NCBI GenBank assembly: GCA_016205145.1
Contig: JACQJH010000001.1
Location: 420,001-452,000 of the forward strand
Origin: Candidatus Iainarchaeum sp.
GTDB taxonomy: Archaea > Iainarchaeota > Iainarchaeia > Iainarchaeales > JACQJH01
Reading direction: 5' to 3'
Length of the DNA stretch: 32,000 bases
A program made the translations under genes and the position numbers. Below, piece by piece: positions 8,537-16,891 of this stretch. The notes beneath the pieces are model-generated. The model did no database searches. It was not told the origin of the DNA and saw only the letters and a list, made by a program, of their open reading frames with translations. The stretch's first letter is position 1, and the number at the start of each line of letters is the position of its first letter.

Positions 8537-9157
8537 TTAGCCTTTTTTCCCCTGCCATTCCTCTGGGTTTTTGAGATAGCTTTTCACGCTGTCGAACTGT
8601 TCTTTTGAGATTTTTTCCTTTTCAAGCAGGACCTGCAGGATTTCGGTTATCGTGAAAACCGCTTTCAGGACATAGCCTTTGCTTTCAATCTGCTGTTTTC
8701 CGCCCTGTTCCCTGTCAACGAGCACGACAATGTATTTGACTTTCAGGCCCGCTTCTTCGAGCGGCGCAATCGCTTCGAACTTGCTTTCGCCGGTCGTAAT
8801 TAAATCGTCGTAGACGAGAATTCGGTCGCCTTCAGCATAATTTCCTTCAATCGTCCTTTTAGTGCCGTAGCCTTTCTGTTCCTTGCGCGGGTAAATCATC
8901 GGAATGTCATTCTCCAAAGAAACCGCGGTTGCAATCGAGATTGCCGCATAAGGAATGCCTGCAATGCGGTCGAATTCGCAGCCGAGCGTGATTTTTCTCA
9001 GTTCAGCCGCAACCTTGTGGAGTATCTGCGGGTATGACACGAGAACGCGCAAATCGATGTAAACCGGGCTTTTCAGCCCGGATTTGAGCGTAAAGTCCCC
9101 GAATTTTATCGCGCCGATGTTGAACAAGTCAAGGCACAGTCTTTCCCTAGAATCCAT
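8537..9157 (-). CDS. pyrE: orotate phosphoribosyltransferase
   Basis: GAIKFGDFTLKSGLKSPVYIDLR and PRPP-binding loop ILVYDDLITTGES. The start is set at ATG 9157, 5 nt after the pyrC stop. The longer ORF to 9235 overlaps pyrC. Confidence 0.9.
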   Translation of the reverse strand: MDSRERLCLDLFNIGAIKFGDFTLKSGLKSPVYIDLRVLVSYPQILHKVAAELRKITLGCEFDRIAGIPYAAISIATAVSLENDIPMIYPRKEQKGYGTKRTIEGNYAEGDRILVYDDLITTGESKFEAIAPLEEAGLKVKYIVVLVDREQGGKQQIESKGYVLKAVFTITEILQVLLEKEKISKEQFDSVKSYLKNPEEWQGKKG

Positions 9158-9161
9158 TTTT

Positions 9162-10490
9162 TCATTCCCCCGTTGTTCCGAAAACGATTTCTTTTCCTTT
9201 GATTTTTTCGCCGAAGCCTTCGCCGTCAAAAACAATCTGCCCGTTCACGACAGTCATTTCCGCCCTGCCTTTGGCTTTCCTGCCGTCGAACGGCGTCCAG
9301 CCGCATTTGCTGTATTGGCCGCCATCCTTTATTGTAAATTCTTTTTTTAAATCGATGATTGCGAAATCGGCGTCGAAGCCTTCGAGTAAGAAGCCCTTTC
9401 CTTTCGCCCTGAACAATACCGCGGGATTTTCACAGCAGAGCCTTACAACTCTTTCAAGCGGAATTTTGTTTGCATTCACTTCAGTGAGCATCAATGGAAG
9501 CGTCGTCTGCAGTCCCGGAACTCCTGACGGCGCGCTCCAGTAATCCTGCTCTTTTTCCCCGGCAGTGTGGGGCGCGTGGTCGGTTGCAATGCAGTCGACC
9601 TTTCCTTCAAGCAGTGCCTTCCACAATCCCGCAACGTCTTTTTTGCTTCGCAATGGAGGGTTCATTTTCGCAAAATTGCCCTTCACTTTCAAAGCCTGCT
9701 CCGTCAGGAAAAGGTGGTGCGGGGCAACTTCGCATGAAACCATTTGCCCGCGTGATTTTGCCTTTTCAACAAGCGCGATTTCTTCCGGAACCGAGGCGTG
9801 CGCGACATGCAGCCGGTTTCCAATGCCGGCCCGTATTTTGAGCGCGTTTTCCACTGCAATGATTGCCGCTTTTTTCGGCCGTATTTTTGAATGGATTTCG
9901 GGATTGTTTTTGCCTTTGAATTTTTCGGCATTTTTCATTATGGTTGCTTCGTCTTCGGCGTGCACCGCGACAACCGTGCCCTTCTGCCTTGCCGCGAAAA
10001 AAACCTTTTTCACGTCGTCGGTTTTGTCGACAAGCAGGCTGCCCGTAGTCGAACCCAAATAGTCTTTTACCCCGCAGATGTTTTTGGCGAGGGAAATTTC
10101 CTGAATGTGTTCATTGCTTGCTCCAAGATAGAGGCCGAAGTTGGCGAGGCTTTTCTTTTGCGCAATCTGCCTTTTTTCCTCAAGCAGTTCGGCAGTGACA
10201 ATGCTCCGCTTGTTGTTCGGCATGTCAAAAAAGCTTGTCACGCCGCCTGCAAGCGCAGCCTTTGAGGCTGTCAGCCAGTCTTCCTTGTATTCCTGCCCCG
10301 GCTCGCGCACATGCACGTGCACGTCAATCAGGCCCGGCAAAATAATCCTGCCATGGCAATCCTGTTGTTTGCCTTCGATTTTGAGCTTGCTTATATCCGA
10401 AATTTTTCCGCCCGCAATCCCGACATTAGCTTCGACCAGGTGGCCTTTGAAAAAAACCTTTCCGTTTGCGAGGACAAGGTCATTTTGCAT
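9162..10490 (-). CDS. pyrC: dihydroorotase
   Basis: Amidohydrolase metal motif DVHVHVREPG, plus ATDHAPH and a C-terminal beta-sandwich. ATG 10490 is preferred over TTG 10526; it overlaps the pyrK stop by 11 nt. Confidence 0.88.
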   Translation of the reverse strand: MQNDLVLANGKVFFKGHLVEANVGIAGGKISDISKLKIEGKQQDCHGRIILPGLIDVHVHVREPGQEYKEDWLTASKAALAGGVTSFFDMPNNKRSIVTAELLEEKRQIAQKKSLANFGLYLGASNEHIQEISLAKNICGVKDYLGSTTGSLLVDKTDDVKKVFFAARQKGTVVAVHAEDEATIMKNAEKFKGKNNPEIHSKIRPKKAAIIAVENALKIRAGIGNRLHVAHASVPEEIALVEKAKSRGQMVSCEVAPHHLFLTEQALKVKGNFAKMNPPLRSKKDVAGLWKALLEGKVDCIATDHAPHTAGEKEQDYWSAPSGVPGLQTTLPLMLTEVNANKIPLERVVRLCCENPAVLFRAKGKGFLLEGFDADFAIIDLKKEFTIKDGGQYSKCGWTPFDGRKAKGRAEMTVVNGQIVFDGEGFGEKIKGKEIVFGTTGE

Positions 10491-11379
10491 TTGCTCTCCA
10501 CCCGTGGAATTCGTGCAGGGAAACAAGCCTTCCTGATTTTATGCGCGCCGTTTTCCCGAAATCCTGCACCTTCCTTATCTGGTCTCCGGTCAGCACCGGC
10601 CCGTCAACGCACAACAGGTATGGCCCGAACGCGCATTGCCCGCACAAGCCCATTCCGCCGCATTTGAAATAGCGTTCAAGCGAAAGCTGGCAGTTCACTT
10701 TCCGTTTTTCACAGATTTCGAAAACCCTGACAAGCATGGCTTCCGGCCCGCATGCGAAAACCGTGCCGATTTTTTCCTTTGAAAGAATCAGTTCGAGCAC
10801 ATCTGTTGCGTAGCCCTTATGTCCAAGGCTTCCGTCTTCCGTCGCCACGAATGCCTTCGAACTGTATTTTTCGGCCAGGCCCTGCATCCAAATCCTTTCC
10901 CTGCTGCGCGCGCCCTGCACGAAAAAAACCTTTGCGCCCTTTTCCTTCAATTCCTTTGCAAGCAAGGGCATTGCAGCCATTCCGCTTCCGCCGCCGATGA
11001 TTGCAGCGCTCTTCACCCCATCCGTGCTGAAACCGTTGCCATATGGGCCGCGCAGGCCAAGCTTCTGCCCGGCTTTCAATTTTTCAAGCTCAACCGTGAA
11101 CTGCCCTTTGCGCAAAACGCCCAACCCGATTTGCTTTCCGCCGGCGTAGGCGACTGCAAAAGGTTTTTCGTCGAGGCCCGGCAGCCAGAGCATGACAAAC
11201 TGGCCGGGTTTAACGCCGCAAGGATAATCGAAAAAGTATGTCGTGATTTCCGGGCACTCTTTTTTTATTTTCACGAGCCTTGCCATTTTCGGCCGAGAAA
11301 TGCAGCTGCTGCCCGTGATTTTTTCGGTGCTTTCGCCGGCTGATTTTTTTATTTGCGGTTTTTTTTCACGTTTTTTCAT
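10480..11379 (-). CDS. pyrK: dihydroorotate dehydrogenase electron-transfer subunit (FAD/2Fe-2S)
   Basis: FNR-like fold with GGGSGMAAM and C-terminal cluster motif CGGMGLCGQC. ATGA overlap with the pyrD stop supports the start at 11379, which gives a Lys-rich 31-aa N-terminal extension. Confidence 0.85.
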   Translation of the reverse strand: MKKREKKPQIKKSAGESTEKITGSSCISRPKMARLVKIKKECPEITTYFFDYPCGVKPGQFVMLWLPGLDEKPFAVAYAGGKQIGLGVLRKGQFTVELEKLKAGQKLGLRGPYGNGFSTDGVKSAAIIGGGSGMAAMPLLAKELKEKGAKVFFVQGARSRERIWMQGLAEKYSSKAFVATEDGSLGHKGYATDVLELILSKEKIGTVFACGPEAMLVRVFEICEKRKVNCQLSLERYFKCGGMGLCGQCAFGPYLLCVDGPVLTGDQIRKVQDFGKTARIKSGRLVSLHEFHGWRANAK

Positions 11380-12281
11380 TTGTGGCCAGCCCCGACCAGT
11401 TCTTTCACGCTTTTCACTTCGTTTTCATTCATCCACGCCTGCATTTCATCGCAGACCTTCCGGAAAACGCCGATTCCCCTGTAATAGATTGCCGAGCCGA
11501 TGCTTGTCGCGCTTGCCCCGGCCATCATTGCCTCGATCGCATCCCTGCCGTTTGAAATTCCGCCGGACGCGATGATCGGAATGTCCACTTTCTCGTAAAT
11601 CTGGTAAATGCACCTGATTGCAATCGGCTTGAGAGCCGGGCCTGAAATCCCGCCGACCTTGTTGTAAAGAACCGGTTTGCGCGCGTCGATGTCGATTGCC
11701 ATTCCGAGCGCAGTGTTTATTGCAGTTATGCCGTCCGCGCCCGCGTCCTCGCACGCCTTTGCGATTTCCGCGACATTGTGCGCCTGCGGAGTCACTTTTG
11801 CAAAAACCGGAATCTTTCCGGAAACGTTTTTGACCGCTGAAACGACTTCCGCCGCGGATTCGCATTTGACGCCGAAAATCATTCCATGCTCTTTCGTGTT
11901 CGGGCACGAAATGTTCAGTTCAAGAAAGTCAGGCTTTTTTCCAGCCAAAAACCGCGAAACTTCGACAAACTCTTCCACGCTTGCCCCGAAAACGCTTGCA
12001 ATGACCGGCGCGTCAATTTTGCCCAGCTTTTCCCATTCGTGCTCCATGCTCTTGTAGCCGGGGCAGGAAAGGCCGATGGCATTCAGCAGGCCGGATTCAA
12101 GCTCTATGACCGTTGGATTCGCCCAGCCGGTCCTCTCCTCTCCGCCAATGGATTTTGTCGTAACGGTCGCGCATCCGTTCTCGACGCATCTTTTCATCAG
12201 GTCCGCGCTGACGTCGAGAATGCCGGACGCCAAAACCGTCGGGTTTCGGAGTTTGACTCTGCAAAGCTCGGTTTCAAGCAT
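11376..12281 (-). CDS. pyrD: dihydroorotate dehydrogenase B catalytic subunit
   Basis: NPTVLASG, NISCPNT, GGISGPALKPIA and ASGGISNGRDA are class 1 DHODH signatures. Confidence 0.92.
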   Translation of the reverse strand: MLETELCRVKLRNPTVLASGILDVSADLMKRCVENGCATVTTKSIGGEERTGWANPTVIELESGLLNAIGLSCPGYKSMEHEWEKLGKIDAPVIASVFGASVEEFVEVSRFLAGKKPDFLELNISCPNTKEHGMIFGVKCESAAEVVSAVKNVSGKIPVFAKVTPQAHNVAEIAKACEDAGADGITAINTALGMAIDIDARKPVLYNKVGGISGPALKPIAIRCIYQIYEKVDIPIIASGGISNGRDAIEAMMAGASATSIGSAIYYRGIGVFRKVCDEMQAWMNENEVKSVKELVGAGHK

Positions 12282-12408
12282 GGCTTCTCACCACGCAGGA
12301 AACACCAAAAAGTTCAAAAAAAGAATCAGAACAGGTTGCAAAAGCGTTCAATTCAACCCGCAATAATTTAAGCCGACAAAGGTATTTAAGGCTAACTGGA
12401 TTGGCAAT

Positions 12409-12426
12409 GAAGTATTTAATAATTCC
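12409..12426 (+). promoter_or_regulatory. TATA-box candidate for the GNAT gene (near-leaderless spacing)
   Basis: GAAGTATTTAATAATTCC is centred about 28 nt upstream of ATG 12444. Confidence 0.35.
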
Positions 12427-12443
12427 GACAACTTTTATCTGTC

Positions 12444-12965
12444 ATGCCTGAAATTCATGGCGGCCGCAGCCATTTGCCCGAATTTATTCTTCACCCTGAC
12501 AAGCATTTGGGCGGCGGCATTTATCTGAAGCGGGTCACAGCCGGCGAGCATCTCAGGCGTTTGCCTCGGAATCCTGGCGCATCCGCCGCTGAAGAGGATA
12601 TAATCCATATTGCAAGGGCAACTCCTTATGGTTCCCACGGTTCAATGGATTTGCGGCACGGGTTCGGAGTTGACAACACGCTTGTGTCCCTTAGTGGTGG
12701 CAGGTTCGAGGGCATGAAGTCGCTGGAAATCCGCAGGGATATCCCGTCAGAACATCGCGGCCGCGGAATAGGCACGCAAATGCTTGTCGAGGCGGAACGG
12801 ATTGGGCGAGAACAGGGTTTTGATGTCCTTTGGGCTCACACAGCAAGCGATAACCTTGGGGCGCGCAGGTCATATGAGCATGCCAGATGGACATTTGTAA
12901 GGGAATATTTTCAAACTGGGGAAGGGCAAAGAGTGCTGTATGTAAAATTCTTGAACGATCAATGA
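12444..12965 (+). CDS. GNAT-family N-acetyltransferase
   Basis: Acetyl-CoA binding motif RGRGIGTQMLVEAERIGREQG followed by NLGARRSYEHARW. The N-terminal boundary is uncertain. Confidence 0.7.
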   Translation: MPEIHGGRSHLPEFILHPDKHLGGGIYLKRVTAGEHLRRLPRNPGASAAEEDIIHIARATPYGSHGSMDLRHGFGVDNTLVSLSGGRFEGMKSLEIRRDIPSEHRGRGIGTQMLVEAERIGREQGFDVLWAHTASDNLGARRSYEHARWTFVREYFQTGEGQRVLYVKFLNDQ

Positions 12966-13026
12966 ATGCGATTTGCTTTTCCATTCCAGATACTTTTAAA
13001 TTCTCTCGCGCACACACTATTTTGGG

Positions 13027-13953
13027 TTGGATTTGAACCACAGGCACCTTGTTTCCATCGCAGACCTGTCGCGCAAGGACATTGAAACCATTCTGCAGCG
13101 GGCCGAAAAAATCGAAAAACTGCCGCGCGCTGAACAGGCGAGGATTCTGCCCGACAAGATTTTGGGAACGCTTTTTTTCGAGCCATCCACGCGCACGCGC
13201 CTGTCGTTTGAAAGCGCGATGCTCCGCTCCGGAGGAAAGGTTTTGGGCTTTGCGGATGCGAGCGTTTCAAGCACGAAAAAAGGCGAAACCCTCGAAGACA
13301 CGATCCGCGTTGTAAGCAATTACTGCGACATCATTGCAATGCGCCATCCCGAAGCCGGTTCGGCGGACCGCGCGGCAAAAGTTGCAACCGTTCCAGTCAT
13401 AAACGGCGGTGACGGCCCGAACCAGCATCCAACGCAGACGCTTTTGGACCTTTACACGATTAAAAAGGCGCACGGAAAAATCGACGGCCTGAACATAGGC
13501 ATGCTCGGCGACCTCAAATACGGGAGAACCGTGCACAGCCTTTCCCGCGCCCTCACGCACTTTGACTGCAGGCAGTACTGGATTTCGCACGAATCCCTGA
13601 AAATGCCTGAAGCGGAAAAGCAGTTTGTCGTGGGCGCAGGCAAAAAGTTTTCCGAAGGCGAAAAGCTGAAAGATTTCCTTCCGGAACTGGATGTTTTGTA
13701 CGTCACGCGCGTGCAGGGCGAAAGGTTTCCTTCAAAGGAAGAGTTTGAAAAGGTCAAGGGCTTTTACGTCGTAAGCAAGGACGCTTTGTCGAAGGCAAAG
13801 CCTTCCCTGAAAGTCATGCATCCCCTGCCGCGCGTCGGCGAAATTTCTTTGGACGTGGATTCGACGCAGTTCGCGGTTTATTTCGAGCAGACCGCAAACG
13901 GCGTTCCGATAAGGCAGGCGATAATGTCATTGCTGTTGAAAGTTGAAGTATGA
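13027..13953 (+). CDS. pyrB: aspartate carbamoyltransferase catalytic subunit
   Basis: FFEPSTRTRLSFE, HPTQTLLD and HPLPR motifs. TTG start at 13027; there is no in-frame ATG near the N-terminus. Confidence 0.92.
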   Translation: MDLNHRHLVSIADLSRKDIETILQRAEKIEKLPRAEQARILPDKILGTLFFEPSTRTRLSFESAMLRSGGKVLGFADASVSSTKKGETLEDTIRVVSNYCDIIAMRHPEAGSADRAAKVATVPVINGGDGPNQHPTQTLLDLYTIKKAHGKIDGLNIGMLGDLKYGRTVHSLSRALTHFDCRQYWISHESLKMPEAEKQFVVGAGKKFSEGEKLKDFLPELDVLYVTRVQGERFPSKEEFEKVKGFYVVSKDALSKAKPSLKVMHPLPRVGEISLDVDSTQFAVYFEQTANGVPIRQAIMSLLLKVEV

Positions 13954-13983
13954 GTACGTTTGTCAGATATTTTTGGCGAACCC

Positions 13984-14121
13984 ATGCTCATGAATTTTTC
14001 CGCTGTTATAAAAAAAGATGCCGGCTGGTTTGTTGCTTATTGTCCTGAACTTGGCGTTGTAAGCCAAGGCAAAACAAAAAAGAGCGCTTTAGCCAACCTG
14101 AAAGTCATTTTTTGTTCTTGA
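13984..14121 (+). pseudogene. HicB/UPF0150-like antitoxin fragment (45 aa, apparently truncated)
   Basis: Not in the ORF track because it is under 60 aa. The translation MLMNFSAVIKKDAGWFVAYCPELGVVSQGKTKKSALANLKVIFCS matches the HicB N-terminal pattern (..KD..G(Y/W)(V/F)A.CPEL.G..SQG.T..EA..NL). It ends early and overlaps the 3' end of the convergent gene by 17 nt. No HicA partner is nearby. Confidence 0.4.
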
Positions 14122-15058
14122 GCAGGCTTAACAGCGAAATCGTTTTTCTTTTTTCCATGCCCATTTCCCTGAACATTTGGACCGCGAAAAGGTGCGGTGC
14201 AAGGATTCCGTTTTCGTAAATTATGCCCGCCACAAGCTCGGCTTCGGTCACGTCGAAGGCAGGATTAGCTATTTTCAGGCTTTTAGGCCTTTCAGCCCAC
14301 ACTTCATCCGGGTCCCTTTCCTCTATTTCTGTGTCGTGCGTGAGGGTTTCCGCGTCAAACTTGTAGGATGACGTCACAACATAGTGCGGAACATCCGCTT
14401 TTTTTGCGGCAAGCGAGATTGCGCGCGTTCCAATCTTGTTTATCGCGCTTCCGTCCGCCGTAACCGAGTCCGCGCCGGAAAAAAAGTAGTCCGCCTTTTT
14501 GATGAACGTTGCTGAGGCCGAGTCGACAATCATTGTTACGGGAATGCCGAAGCGCGAGAGGTTTTCCGCTGTTATCCTGCCCTGATAGCGCGGCCGTGTC
14601 TCGGTGCAGATGACTTCGCTGATTTTCTTGTCCCTCCAGGCCTTTTCCAGCATTGCCTCGATAGTGTTGGAATGGCAGTGCGTGAAGACAACAGAATCTT
14701 TTTCCATCATTTCCGCGCCGATTCTTGCAATCCCGCGCCTTGCATCTTCTGCCCGGTCCTTTGCCTTCGCGCATTCCTCTGCAACAAGCAGTTTCGCCTT
14801 TTCAACGTCTTCTTCTCCTGCGGAGTGCGTGAGAATTATTTTCAGCGCATTCCTCAGGCCGGGTTCTGTGGGCCTTGCCTTGGCCAAAGCGACAATGTTT
14901 TCCTTGAGCTGCTTCCTGAACTGCCCAATGCTTTTAGCATCGCTTCTTCCGGCCCAGCCGGATATCGCGCTTATTGCGGCTTTCAGGATCTTTGACGCGC
15001 CCTGGATGCGGAGTCCGCGTATGTCTTCGGCAATGCGCAGCACGTTTTTGTCGGCCAT
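14105..15058 (-). CDS. eIF-2B alpha/beta/delta family protein, probable ribose-1,5-bisphosphate isomerase
   Basis: 317 aa. FTHCHSNT, TETRPRYQGR and GADSVTADGSAINKIGT are typical of the e2b2/R15P isomerase clade. AMP phosphorylase is encoded in the same window. Confidence 0.65.
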   Translation of the reverse strand: MADKNVLRIAEDIRGLRIQGASKILKAAISAISGWAGRSDAKSIGQFRKQLKENIVALAKARPTEPGLRNALKIILTHSAGEEDVEKAKLLVAEECAKAKDRAEDARRGIARIGAEMMEKDSVVFTHCHSNTIEAMLEKAWRDKKISEVICTETRPRYQGRITAENLSRFGIPVTMIVDSASATFIKKADYFFSGADSVTADGSAINKIGTRAISLAAKKADVPHYVVTSSYKFDAETLTHDTEIEERDPDEVWAERPKSLKIANPAFDVTEAELVAGIIYENGILAPHLFAVQMFREMGMEKRKTISLLSLLKNKK

Positions 15059-15184
15059 GGGTTCACTTTTTCCGGTTTTTCCAAGAGAATTCTTTTTAAA
15101 AACATTTATCGGGCAGTTAATAACAGTAGAATCAACAGGTTTCTTGTTAATAATTTTTTTCTTTGCTTAGGGGAAGGGGATTGG

Positions 15185-16300
15185 ATGGAAGATCTTTTGA
15201 GAAAGGCGATTAAGAGGGCAAAAGCCGAAGAGCTGCAGAAACAGGGCAGGCCGAAGCAGGCTTCGAAGGACGACGAAAGCATCGAAAAGCTGCTGAAATC
15301 TTCGCAGGCGAAAATCGTTGTCGTGGGCTGCGGTGGAGCGGGCTGCAACACTCTGCAGAGAATGTTCGAAGTCGGCATTGTCGGAGGCTCGACTCTTGCC
15401 GTCAACACCGACGCGCAGGACCTGTTGAAGGTGAGCACCGACAAGAAAATCCTGATCGGAAAACAGCTGACGCGCGGTTTGGGCGCCGGCTCCGATCCGA
15501 GCGTGGGCGAAGCCGCGGCAAAAGAAAGCCTCGGCGAACTGAAAGACGCGCTGAAGGGCAGCGACCTGATTTTCATAACCTGCGGAATGGGTGGAGGAAC
15601 CGGCACGGGCTCCGCGCCTGTTGTAGCGGAAATCGCAAAGGAAATGAAGGCGCTGACAATTGGCGTTGTGACTTTGCCTTTCACCGTTGAAGGGCGGAAG
15701 CGCAGCGAAAATGCCATGCTTGGCATAGGAAACCTGCGGAGGAGCGCGGACACCGTCATTGTCATTCCGAACGACAAGATACTTGAAATCGCGCCGGATT
15801 TGCCGGTCAACGCGGCATTCAAGGTAGCGGACGAAGTCCTCACCAATGCCGTCAAAGGCATAACCGAAATGGTCACAAAGCCCGGCCTCATAAACCTCGA
15901 CTTTGCGGACCTGCGCACAATCCTTTCAAAGGGCGGCGCGGCAATGATCGGCTTGGGTGAAAGCAAGTCCTCGGACGCATCCGAAACAAGGGCACTGGAA
16001 GCAGTCGAGAATGCATTGACTTCCCCGCTTTTGGACGTTGACATCAGTGACGCGAACCGCGCGCTCATCAATGTCATAGGCGGAAGCGACATGACCCTGC
16101 GCGAAGCCGAAATGGTCGTTGAAACGGTTTCAACGCGCATTTCCCCGAAAGCGCACATAATCTGGGGCGCAATGGTCGACGACGAGGTTCCGAAAGGCAA
16201 AATCCAGGCAATGGTAGTCATTGCCGGCGGGCGCTTTCCATACCTTGACGGCGGAATGTCCGAAAAAGGCGAACTGGATTTGGGAATCGAATTTACATAA
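15185..16300 (+). CDS. ftsZ: cell division GTPase FtsZ
   Basis: VVGCGGAGCN, tubulin signature GMGGGTGTGSAPV, NTDAQ and DFADL. Confidence 0.95.
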   Translation: MEDLLRKAIKRAKAEELQKQGRPKQASKDDESIEKLLKSSQAKIVVVGCGGAGCNTLQRMFEVGIVGGSTLAVNTDAQDLLKVSTDKKILIGKQLTRGLGAGSDPSVGEAAAKESLGELKDALKGSDLIFITCGMGGGTGTGSAPVVAEIAKEMKALTIGVVTLPFTVEGRKRSENAMLGIGNLRRSADTVIVIPNDKILEIAPDLPVNAAFKVADEVLTNAVKGITEMVTKPGLINLDFADLRTILSKGGAAMIGLGESKSSDASETRALEAVENALTSPLLDVDISDANRALINVIGGSDMTLREAEMVVETVSTRISPKAHIIWGAMVDDEVPKGKIQAMVVIAGGRFPYLDGGMSEKGELDLGIEFT

Positions 16301-16390
16301 GATTTTGTTGGCGTTTTGGGCTTTTGCAGGCAAGGCGCCAGCTTTTATTTTTTTCTTTTGATTGTGTTTGTGGTTTGAGCGGGTGTTTTC

Positions 16391-16570
16391 ATGATTGACA
16401 AGGTCAAAAAGTTTGTTTCCGACGCGCGCAGGGTTTTCATGATTTCGAAGAAGCCTGACGCGCAGGAATTCTCGGTCATGGCGAAGGTAACGGCCCTGGG
16501 CATAATAGTCATAGGCATAATCGGCTTCATTGTCCTGCTGATTTTCACGCTTTCAGGTCTCGGCAAGTGA
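16391..16570 (+). CDS. secE: preprotein translocase subunit SecE (Sec61 gamma)
   Basis: A 59-aa ORF below the track cut-off: MIDKVKKFVSDARRVFMISKKPDAQEFSVMAKVTALGIIVIGIIGFIVLLIFTLSGLGK. It has a single C-terminal TM helix and sits in the conserved ftsZ-secE-spt5 position. Confidence 0.8.
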   Translation: MIDKVKKFVSDARRVFMISKKPDAQEFSVMAKVTALGIIVIGIIGFIVLLIFTLSGLGK

Positions 16571-16686
16571 CTCCGAACCGCGGAGGGCGGCGGTTTCGTC
16601 CGCCGGGTCCGAAACTAAAGCCTATTGCATTGCAATAGGCCGAGTAAGCAATAATGCGTGGTGTCGAAGCAAAGCGGAGACACCAC
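16571..16686 (-). repeat. structured intergenic repeat, copy 3 (inverted relative to copies 1, 2, 4 and 5)
   Basis: Read on the minus strand: hairpin 0 is GTGGTGTC..GACACCAC, then gcattattgc-TTACTC. Hairpin 1 is GGCCTATTGC-aat-GCAATAGGCT (its first pair is a G:T wobble), followed by TTAGTTTCGGACCC. Then come GGCGG-acgaaa-CCGCC and CTCCG-cggtt-CGGAG. It begins directly after the secE stop. Confidence 0.85.
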
Positions 16687-16692
16687 AAGTCG

Positions 16693-16713
16693 CACCCGCC
16701 GGGCGTGACGGCG
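16693..16713 (+). repeat. partial copy of the same repeat (ACCC-GCCGG-gcgtga-CGGC module), opposite orientation to copy 3
   Basis: CACCCGCCGGGCGTGACGGCG closely matches ACCCGCCGGACGTGACGGCG of copy 4 (21716..21735). Confidence 0.6.
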
Positions 16714-16738
16714 TAGGGAACTCCTGACCCTCCCCCCA

Positions 16739-16891
16739 TTCTTGGTTTTTTTTGTGAAGGCAAAAAAAGCTTTTTGCGTTTCGCTTTTTTTCCAAGGTTT
16801 TTTTTGCAAGGGCAAAAAAAAGCTTTTTGCGTTTCGCCATTTTTCCAAGGTTTTTTTTGCAACAGCAAAAAAAAGCTTTTTAAGCGTTTGC
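16739..16891. repeat. 3 x ~53-bp tandem repeat of A/T-run hairpins
   Basis: The unit is CCAAGG-T8-GC-nnnn-GC-A8-GC-T5-GCGTTTCGC. CCAAGG recurs at 16792 and 16845, a 53-nt period. Within each unit T8GC/GCA8 can form a 10-bp hairpin, or GCA7/T5GC an alternative one. Confidence 0.85.

Noticed and set aside
15106-16221. 371-aa minus-strand ORF
   Set aside because: It is the mirror ORF of ftsZ and has no recognisable motifs, whereas FtsZ on the plus strand carries all tubulin signatures.
16739-16891. Possible CRISPR array
   Set aside because: The units abut directly with no unique spacers. There are only three units of ~53 bp, dominated by homopolymer runs, and no cas genes are in the window.
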